DNA from: Trichoplax adhaerens
Taxonomy: Eukaryota > Animalia > Placozoa
Assembly: GCF_000150275.1 (NCBI RefSeq)
Contig: NW_002060957.1
Coordinates: 124,001 to 188,000 of the forward strand
DNA length: 64,000 nucleotides
Direction: 5' to 3'
Below, one piece after another: positions 50,346-64,000 of this stretch (positions are counted from its first letter, which is position 1; each line of letters starts with the position of its first letter). The notes below the pieces were generated by a model, which did not search any database, was not told where the DNA came from, and was given only the letters and a program-made list of their open reading frames with translations. The position numbers and the translations under genes were made by a program.

Positions 50346-50898
50346 AAAATGATATTGTAGCTTAACAAGTTGTACACCCCAGTAGCACAATAATTCACTT
50401 GCATCTCAGTACCATTCAGTGGCTCGACCTAACTGTAAATGGTTTTACTTTAAAAAAAAACACTAAAAAGGACAAGAACTGTACTGTACAGTATATCTGC
50501 ATGGCAGGCTGTACTGTCGATGATAAATTAACTACCCCAGTAGCATAATGATTCAGTTCCAGTACCATTCAGTGGCTCGGCCTAATCGTAAATAGTTTTA
50601 GTTCAAACCACTAATAAGGACAGGAACTGTACTGAAAATGATATTGTAGCTAAAGAAGTTGTACACCCTAGTAGCGTCATAATTCAGTTGTATCTTAGTA
50701 CAATTCGGTGGCTCGACCTAACCGTAAACAGTTTTAGTTTAAACCACTACAGTAGCATAATGATTCAGTTGCATCTCAGTACCATTCAGTGGCTCGACCT
50801 AACTGTAAACAGTTTAAGTCTGACCACTAAAAAAGGGCAGGAACTGTACTGTATATCTGCATCGAACGCTGTACTGTCGATGATAAATTAACTACCAG
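50346..50898. repeat. Irregular tandem array: ~80-bp core x4 with alternating linker modules
   Basis: AGTAGC...AGTAC(C/A)ATTC(A/G)GTGGCTCG(A/G)CCTAA...CACTA at ~50381, 50539, 50670 and 50751. Linkers AAAATGATATTGTAGCT.. and GCTGTACTGTCGATGATAAATT each occur twice. Confidence 0.88.
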
Positions 50899-52445
50899 CT
50901 TTTTTAGTTAACAGAGCAGAACGAGCAGAGAAACGATAGGCCTCAACAATTTATTTAGCAACTACTTTGCATCCCTCTCTTTCTGGTATATTGTTCAATA
51001 TAGTCATATAAAGCTATAGGCTACTAAATAAGGCCGGTCTTCTTTGAGTAGTCCATGGTGAAGCCCCCATACAGACTCCTTTAGAGGGCTTAGGCTAAAA
51101 GGCATTTATACGTGTAATCTCCTTCACTTTACATAATTATTACTCGTGTACAGTATAATTACTGCACTGGATCAATCAGAGTATCAACTGTAGTTTTCAT
51201 TTTCCCCTAATTTACTATTTGAAGTTCATAAATTGAATATCTACGTAGATGATCACCAGCACTGCTGCATCATTTTTCGCTTGAATTGATATAATAGATG
51301 GCCAGGATAAATACCCTATACCATGAACACGAAGTAGTTCCAGTAATATTTTCACTGCTGGAGCATGCTATGGAAAGAGTTAATGTCTAGTATACTGTAG
51401 TGTAACAGATAGAAATGTTCCAGCTGTAACCAAAGATTCCATTCAATCCAAATATCTTTCCAATAGTGCTTCAGGAAAATGGTGTCGTTATTATCAGCAT
51501 GGAGGTCTGAGGGCAGGTCTTTATTGCTAAAGAGAATCAGAATACTCATACTAGGCAGTAGTCCATCACTTGTTTCGTTTTTAAATAGGGAAAGTTAACC
51601 TAGACTCATTGATCTTCAATGTTTACTTTATGAAACTAAGGTGAGTGCAACAAAAACACGGATGCGAATTCGAGTTCGCGTCTTGCGGATCGCCGAATAC
51701 AGTAGCTCAAGTTTATCGCATACAACTCTTACATTAAAGTTTGGCCATCTCGTTGTATCATTCATATCTACTGTACAAGTACATCAAAATGACGCCACGA
51801 ACACAACAACAACCTTTAACCATAACAAGCTAAAAGTGTAAGTTATTTGTAACCATTCATAACACATACCCGTAGAATGTCAATCTTCCAAGGACAGTGA
51901 ATAATCAGTCCAGTGTAATCCCTCGTACAAACCACCAATGCAAACAAAGTAAGTCGTGATGAACAGCGGCATACGAAATACTTTCAATAGAATCAGATCT
52001 GATCTCCAATATAAATACACTATGCGTATATACGAATAGTAATATTGAACTACGTGTTGTGTAAGCTGGATATCGCACGGATACTAACGATGGCTGCAAT
52101 CAGCATTCTATCAATTTAAACATTGTCTTATTTCAAAGATCCTGCCGCTATTAAAGATTCAATTTTGTTATAATGTATATTTATTGGATATAAATATGGA
52201 CAAGTCCAAAATAACAACGAAACTTTCAAAAGTACATACAGTATATGTATGAAAAGGAATAGTTAATGTTAAAATCAATACTTATCATTGTCATTATTAA
52301 TACTGAATAGTATACCTACGGTATAGTACTTTATTACTCTAACGGCGCCATATATATATATACACAGCATACATCAGTGCAAGTGTAGATCATGCCATAC
52401 AGATAAAAAATGAAACCATACTCTTTCACCATCTCCGGAGATGCA

Positions 52446-54201
52446 TTACGAACTTGGCTTTTTACTCTTTTCCTTTTCCTTAGCTTCTTCGGCAGCCTTA
52501 AGCTTTGTCTCGTAATCTTCAATTAATTTATTTAATTCCTCATTACTTAACACACGTATAACAGTCTTTCCGTTTTTCCTAGTTAATGTAGCCATTTCAA
52601 CTAGTAGAGCAAACAATAGGGTAAAGAAGAAAGTTAGTAGAGCCTACAACTTACAGTCTCATCTTATCTAGGCTTACATATAGGCTTACCTTTTTCCGGA
52701 CTTAATTTAGATACGTCTAGAGTTTTATGTAACACTTTCATGGATAAACTCAAGGCATCGTCAATCTTAATATCCTCTTTGTATTCCTGCTTCAAGATAG
52801 CCATGGCCGCCTGATAACAACAACGAAAAAATTTCATTCTCAAGCGAAATGACCATGCCTAGTACAATTAATAAGCGCATCTACTCACTGAGTTATTGTT
52901 GCCAATGCAATTAGCCTTCCAGCCGCCGTAGTTTCCACTAGGGTCACTATGATATAACTGAAATCCATAATGTCTATCCCATCCTATATAGAGAAGAGAA
53001 ACTCCAAAGGGCCTCTTACCACCAAACTGGGTATAGGCTTGCTTAATATCGCATAAATGACTAACCAATTGCTCACAAGGTATCGGTTCTTGATAATTAA
53101 GCAAATACCTATTCAATATCACAAACCAATATGAATAGATGTCAACCACTACATTAGTAGCAAACAGTACGATTGAATTTTGAGACCATGATTATAACAA
53201 TTGGGTATGTTTATAACAGTTTGAAAATTTTTTTAAGATAAGGTAGATAGATCAAGAAGCAACCTTTGAGCGATGAGTCGTAATTCGTTTATGAGAACGT
53301 TTGCATCTGAAGTGATTCCAGCAACACTACAGGCCATATTCCTACAGTTTCGTAAGAGAATATTATCGATACGAGTCCTTGCATGGTAGTTTAGAAGCGA
53401 GAGAGAAGTATATAAATGGACTAACTCGTTAATCTTGTAAATTTTATCCGAGAAGGGTATTTCATCTAGTAGTTTATTAGTAATCTTTCTCTCCGCACCA
53501 AGCACAATACCATCTTCAGCAAGTATTCCAAAGCACGTTCCTGCCAAGCCAATTGCCTCCATGGCATATTCGACTTGATACAGCCGTCCTATACCGATAC
53601 AAATAATTTCATCAGCTCAAGAATTATCATAATTTTCCACAAGTACATATTCGTTCGAAATTGACGAAAAAAGTCGTCATTGTAATTTATTACTGTAGTC
53701 CAATACAGTGACTTCTTAAGGAAGCGAGCATTTTATGGACGACTTTCCATTATGATCGATACGGCACTTTATACTGCATTATCCTTCGTTATACCGTATT
53801 ATGGGTCAATTATATCATGAGTACAAGCAACTTTACAGCGTTACATCTGATAAAATCACGATAGTCATTTAGGATCTATTCTCATTATCATACATCGAAT
53901 CACTGTGTCATTAACTAAACAGAGCATTCAAATGCCATTTAATCAAGATTAATTTTAGTTCATTTCATGTCTTCCACTGTAGCGAAAATTCTAGCACAAC
54001 GACACTACACTGGATGTGGACAAACTTACCTTCAGGAGAAAATGTAGTTGTTTTGGTATCATATCGACGCGACTAAAATAGATAATAAGAAAGGTTGAAA
54101 GGACTGTATGAATATGACAAACTACATCAATAGTCAACGTAAAGAATCATTTTAAAATGTCTAAAGCTTTCTCGCTTTTCTATTTTCTTGGCACTAACCA
54201 T
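52446..54201 (-). CDS. PSMA4: 20S proteasome subunit alpha type-4 (alpha3), multi-exon
   Basis: ATG|intron|[15 protein letters not shown]|[77 protein letters not shown]|VEMATL. Stop TAA at 52446-52448. Confidence 0.97.
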
Positions 54202-55294
54202 CTTTCCGAATGTTCGAGTAGCGCTGGCACAAGCGTTGTGCAGAATGGCATGAGTGCGCAAGCGTATAAGCGGAAACTGAAAAAGAAATGCTGTAGTCCC
54301 GTTTAATCAGCAATTTTGGTCACAGTGCATAGTACTGTACGCTTTACAGTACCATGCACTGTGCCTTCTTTCTTTGATGCCATTCTTACAGTGCATTACT
54401 ATACTGTACAGTACTGATCAGATCATGATTCAGTCATCTCCATTCGCGTCTCTTTTTAGAACTGCATTTAGTATGAAGGGACGGACTACTCCATCCAAAT
54501 TGTACCTCTTGCATAAAAAGTTGTCACCCCTACCCTAACGAGTATCCTAAAAAGTTCTCTTTCTATTTACTTTAGCAGTCCCTGATACAGTATACGGTTC
54601 AATTTGTCGATATGTGGGTCTTATTCTAGGGGGGCCATTCTCGATGATTTTCTTTCTTTTATCGCCTGGACGCCACTGGATACTAGATTACGGTCGTACT
54701 GGACTGTACCAGTATCGCCTACTAGGGCCCATACTGTGTACAGTACAGTACTGTACTGTACAGTACTGTACACTATGGGGGAGAAATACAGTGAAAGTAC
54801 TGTAGTACAGTACATCGCGGCCAATACTGCTCTGCGCATCGGCGGCATCCATTTCAGCAGTCCTTTATTTACTGCTGTCCATTTCGCTTTCAAAGCCAGT
54901 GTTAGAGGCTAGTAATAATCACCGAGCAGTCTGATGGCGAAATTTTAGCTCTTGCAGTGGATGTGTTGGTGGTATATTGAGTGCAGTGTTGTCAAAACGC
55001 GTCCATACTTCATTAGTTAAATGAAGTAGATTAATAATAAACAGGTTTCAACGGTAAATTCCCCTTCCTATCTGGTATTGGTGTCCTGTACTGTACGAAT
55101 TCATTTGGCAAAAGATATTTGACGCCCCGATCAATCCTGCCAAAATTGATCCAGATTGTGTACAGAACTACTGTACTGAATGCTAGACGTAGACTTTCGT
55201 CGGTGTATTTTCGTCATTGAGAAGGTGCACTTTGAATGGTCAACATTTTAAAAGGTTATCCTACTAATCAATGAAATAAAGTTTACGGGAAGCC
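54202..55294. promoter_or_regulatory. Divergent (probably bidirectional) promoter region PSMA4 / CDC34
   Basis: Head-to-head starts ~1.1 kb apart; ARE-like ATGAGTGCGCA at 54250-54260, CGGAA, TGCGCA, TGGCGAAA and a TACAG palindrome. Confidence 0.55.
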
Positions 55295-58200
55295 ATGTCT
55301 AATCAGACTACTCCAGCATTACGTGCCCTAGCTCAAGAATTGAACAAGCTGACCAATGAACCCTTAGAAGGTTGTGTGGTTGGCTTAGTGGATGAATCCA
55401 ATCTATTCGATTGGGATGTGGCAATTTTCGGTCCCCCAGACACGTTGTACGAAGGTGGTTACTTTAAGGTGAGTACAAACCTGAGAAAGATGAATCGCAG
55501 TGTTTGTTATTAATAGAAATGATGGCTAAATCCATGCACTACTAATTCGTCATGACACGGTGTCGGATCAATGGTCGTAACTTTCTACTTTTGTATCCAC
55601 AACAATCTTGGAAGCATAATCACAACGAATAGGATCAATGATCATTGACGATTGATCGATAAGTATAATTTTAGAATCAGTGATCACTTTCTGATCAATT
55701 TCATTGATTGGCTTGATCAGTGTTCACTTTCTGATCAATTTCACTGATTGGCTTGATCAGTGCTTAGTGCTCACTTTCTGATCAATTTCACTGATTGGCT
55801 TGATCAGTGTTCGCTTTCTGATCAATTTCACTGATTGGTTTGATCAGTGCTCACTTTCTGATCAATTTCACTGATTGGTTTGATCAGTGCTCACTTTCTG
55901 ATCAATTTCACTGATCGGCTTGATCACTTTGTGCGAATTATTAATTGTAATTATATATTATCAATGATTATCCAGTATATCTGTTCAGTCAAGATATTCT
56001 CCTTTGACTACCATATCCATTCGTAATTTTAATTTCAATAATAACTTTAATATAGCTCATTACTCAATCGGATAAAATCGCTAGTACAATACTGCACTGT
56101 CATGGACTTTTACTGTCCCCTATAGTGAACCATCTATTTCACCCGTTGTCTGTCACTTCCTTCTGTACGTCCAGTCAATACTGTACAATGTACAGTACTA
56201 ATTAGTGTACTGTACATAGTACTGTAGAGTCAAATGGTACAGTTCCACTTACTGCAGTGTTGCGTAGTTTTCTTTCCTTTTGACTGCACTGTACTGTACC
56301 AATCTTGAGAAAATGATTACGACAGTACTAGAGTCAGGAGTGATCAACATGGACAGCAGTGTTGCTGCTCGTCATGGCGCTGTAAAATAATACATATAGG
56401 CACTTATAAAATTAAGAAAAATACATTATTACTTGTATATGTATATGAACAATACTTGGACTCAGTTGTAACGAAGATTCTTCAACTTACTGTAAACTAC
56501 GGTAGCAAAATGAATAGATACTGTCTATACTCATAGACTGCACTCTATTTATACTGCAACAGTATCATGATGCAATAGCATCAACACGAGACTAAACAGC
56601 ACGATGCAATCCATGGCTGTATTATTTCCAATAGGAAAATGGAAATTGCTGCTGTTACTTGATAAATAAGTAAATGCTACTTGTTACTGTAATGGGCAAG
56701 CATGCAGCAAACTCATCCAAACGAGTGCAATCAAAATTGTTGATAGACGCGTAGACTTCGACTTGCACTCTTTGTACGTTTCATATACACAAGACATCAA
56801 TATTATGGTTGTAAGGTTAACTGTATATAAGATACATAACAAGAATTATACAGTTACTTTTAAAAATTGATGCTAAACCTATAACAGGTCAATGGCTTAA
56901 GTTTACTGAACTCTATTCTTGTACTACAAATGATTCATCCTTGCTAGTACGATATCATCAATGTTATATAAACATCTTGAATACACATAATTTAAAAATT
57001 TATTGTTAGTATGAATTCACTACACGTAGCAGCGTATATTTCTCAAACGCGCTACGAACTCTACCAATCACGATGACAATCAGGCAAATGAGTGAAAATT
57101 TCTTCTCTACATTCATAGGCAAGACTAATATTTCCAAATGATTATCCATATTCGCCACCCCAATTTCGATTTACAACCAAATTATGGCATCCTAATGTTT
57201 ACGAAGTAAGTATGAAATTCTATTTGCTAACAAATGAAACACGATAGAATATGTATTGTACAACGTCTACACCCGATCAATATCCGTTAAAATGAAATTG
57301 TGTACATTTCCAGAGTGGTGAATTATGTATTTCCATTTTGCATCCTCCTGTTGACGATCCATTTAGCGGCGAATTGCCGTCTGAACGATGGAACCCTACA
57401 CAGAATGTCAGGTAAACTAAAACTGCAATTTACTGTATTGCACCCTGGCAGTATAAAGCCATTCTCCCCTCTCTACATATATAATATGTAATAAAAGCGT
57501 TGCGTATCCTTGGCTACATAATGAATAGTCATATTTACATCACTAGCAATTCTTCTCATTTTATCATAAAAATACAGTTAAAAGTCAATAATACACTTAA
57601 CAAGAACAAGTACCTGTACCAGTCTTACTCTATTATGAAGTATTGCCAAGCCATTACCGTAGCCTAACACTAGTTTTTTACGTCTAGGAAATCAATCGTT
57701 TAATCTTACAGCTGCAGTGTATTTGCCATCTTTATTATAATCGAAATTAGTGGGAATATTAAAATTAAACCTTCCAATGATACTTGAGTTATATCGACAA
57801 TATCGCGTTTTTAATAATTCAATAACTATATTAAGATAGAGTAATTTGTTTTAGGACTATCTTACTTAGCGTAATATCGCTACTAAATGAACCCAACACG
57901 TCATCGCCTGCTAATGTGGATGCTTCAGTAATGTTTAGAAGGTGGCGAGAGTCTCTTGATAAAGAATATGAGCGCATTGTCAGGTAACTGTTAGACGGCA
58001 ACGTTACAATAACCTACCATAGCTTATTTAAAATTGATCTAGCTTTCGCTACTACCTACTCATGTACTGATGTCAGTTATAAGCAGGTCTGTTAAAGTAC
58101 AAGCCAGTTTCCCTATTCATTTTTACTCTAAATTAAATACGATATCCGAAATCTTCATGTAATAGACAACAGGTATTGAATAGTCAACATGATGCCGAAA

Positions 58201-58460
58201 AAGATGGTGTCCAAGTACCTACAACTATTCAAGAATATTGTTTAAAAACCACTAGGAATTCTATTCAAAGTAAAGGAAATTTAGGAAATTGTTCTTATGA
58301 TGACGATGACGAAGACTACTTCTATAACGACGATAATGATATTTTGGATGATGATACTAGCCAAGAGAGCTATGAAGAGGATGAATCCCAAGATGAAGCA
58401 GAAGAAATTACTACAAATCAATCAGAAAATATTTCTAATAATGAGAGCGAAACTTTTTAA
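55295..58460 (+). CDS. CDC34: Ubiquitin-conjugating enzyme E2 R (CDC34/UBE2R), 5 exons (~55295-55468, 57119-57205, 57314-57411, 57855-57983, 58165-58460)
   Basis: [33 protein letters not shown], catalytic [13 protein letters not shown]34-specific acidic loop [37 protein letters not shown] and an acidic C-terminal tail. Confidence 0.96.
55676..55930. repeat. 40-bp hairpin-containing minisatellite x6 in CDC34 intron 1
   Basis: TCACTTTCTGATCAATTTCACTGATTGG(C/T)TTGATCAGTG(T/C) at 55684, 55724, 55771, 55811, 55851 and 55891. Confidence 0.95.
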
Positions 58461-60031
58461 GAGAGTCGCATTTTATTGCACTTCATACAGTCTGAAGTTA
58501 GGCACCGTCTGTTTACAAATAGGGTATCAAATTACTATCAATATTAACCAAAATTGCTGAAAATCAATTTACACACTTACTATAAATATAGTAAATATGC
58601 ATAGGAATTAGAATCGGAGGTATACAATTTCATCTGCAGACAGAATTCTTTATCGCTCAATTTGTACCGCTAAAAAATGAGTACTATCATCACTGAAACA
58701 TAATGTAGCAAATAATTGCATTGTGCCTTCCTAACTATTGACCATTCGTTGTATGTCACAACTACATTAAGTCTTGAAGTTGCTGTGATACTGAACTATC
58801 GATAGTACTTTGATATGCAATGCAGTTTGCACATTAAGACTCTCTTATCTACGATATTAGGATCATATTGAGCGGTGTCTCTTGGTGTAGTTTTAGTCAG
58901 TGTACCATGGGTACAATAAATATGTATATCCAAATATAGATATTACTGTTTTATACTGTTTGAATAGCTAAATTTTATTCTATTATTTCATTGATGCATG
59001 AATTATCACACATGCAAAAGATACTCTTATAATTCGTAATACTATTTTAATGTCAATAAATCAAGACAACATATACAACACAACCTAAAACCTTGCTTGC
59101 AAATGAAATTGAAGGTCTTTGAAAGATTTAAAGGATAAAGCTCAGTATATATGCGAAGTGATCCGTTATACTGGAAATTTAATTAACATAACTCTATATT
59201 TAAAATAGCTATCAAATGACTAGATTTCTTAAAAGCGGGAAAGCCGCTTATTACAGTAATCTTCTAGTAGATAGGGGGACTAGGTTTACCTTTGCTTTAA
59301 CAGAATATCCCAGCTAATATTTTATTGTCAACATGAGCAATTTATAGTTAATACACCTAATTCTATAAAGATTCTATAATTCTATAATTCTATAAAATGT
59401 CAAAGCAAAATCCATAAATTCAGATGTAATAATACACGCAGTATGATTTTCTAGATGATAAGAATATATCAGAAGTTGTCACTATATTTACCAAGATAAA
59501 TTTCAGCGAACGTGAACAAATACACTACATTCCGCTGTTCACATATTGAGATTCGAGAATATCGTGCTGCATATATATCTGCTTTACAAAAATAGAATAT
59601 CTTCTCTCATTCATACTAGAAATATTCTCTATACAGGTAAGCATTATAACTGCTTGCGACGCTACTACACGATATCATGCAGTTTTTAACATCGACATTA
59701 ATATTAAACTCAACTAATTTAAAATACGCTAGATCGGTATAAAAATAAAATTCTGATTGTCCATTCAAAGTAAATCAGTTATGTATAGAGAACTATCGAT
59801 TATCAAAGCCCTACAATAAAACCATCGTGATTTCTGAACGTAATTAGTAGGAATTATCACGTAAATTTGGCACAATATTATTATTGACGGGCATATAGTA
59901 TTCTCTCTTCATCGCATCCCGTATCATGTAGTATATTATTGTAAAGTCCTGAAATTCAATACATCATAAAATCGAATTTCAAATGACGACTATGCGCTTC
60001 AGTATCAACATATTTCACCGATACCATGATT

Positions 60032-63859
<3,828 letters not shown>

Positions 63860-64000
63860 GGAATACAATTTCTTGCAAGATAATATGACTATTGTAGCTG
63901 TACTAGTGACTAGGTTTCTGTAAAACAGGGTTAGGAGGTAGTTTTGCACAGATGATTTATGTTGACGTTTAGCCTAGTTGCAGATGGGGCTGCAACTACC

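Noticed and set aside
54604-54912. Overlapping ORFs on both strands rich in YSTV/TVLY (also 49585-49773 and 50006-50248)
   Set aside because: By-products of TACAG/CTGTA low-complexity palindromes.
57500-57512. U12-type donor-like GTATCCTT (and minus-strand ATATCCTT at ~19130)
   Set aside because: Located mid-intron, not at an exon boundary; the flanking exons join through ordinary GT-AG sites.

Overview
AT-rich, gene-dense animal genomic DNA with short GT-AG introns. Its style suggests a placozoan (Trichoplax-like) genome; this is inference, not a database match. Gene order: 3' part of POLG (+); an intronless atypical class A GPCR (-); EFL1 (-); an intronless cyclin O-like gene (+); SNAPC3 (-); cytosolic threonyl-tRNA synthetase (+); a PLP-dependent Ser/Thr dehydratase-racemase family gene (-) with an apparent 1-nt frameshift in its last exon; MFSD12-like (-); PSMA4 (-) head-to-head with CDC34/UBE2R (+); GALT (-). 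Promoter-side intergenic DNA and first introns carry many mutually unrelated local tandem arrays. One is a 203-bp triplication inside a decayed mariner-type transposase. Another is a 278-bp hairpin-bearing satellite in TARS intron 1 that spans a 50-N gap. No tRNA, rRNA, snRNA or CRISPR array was recognised. I found no clearly new multi-gene system. The best leads are the mariner-derived repeat, the arm-swapping satellite hairpin, the frameshifted bacterial-type dehydratase, the CCNO-like cyclin, the GALT metal-ligand loss and the deep synteny. Exon coordinates were read by eye and may be off by a few bases.
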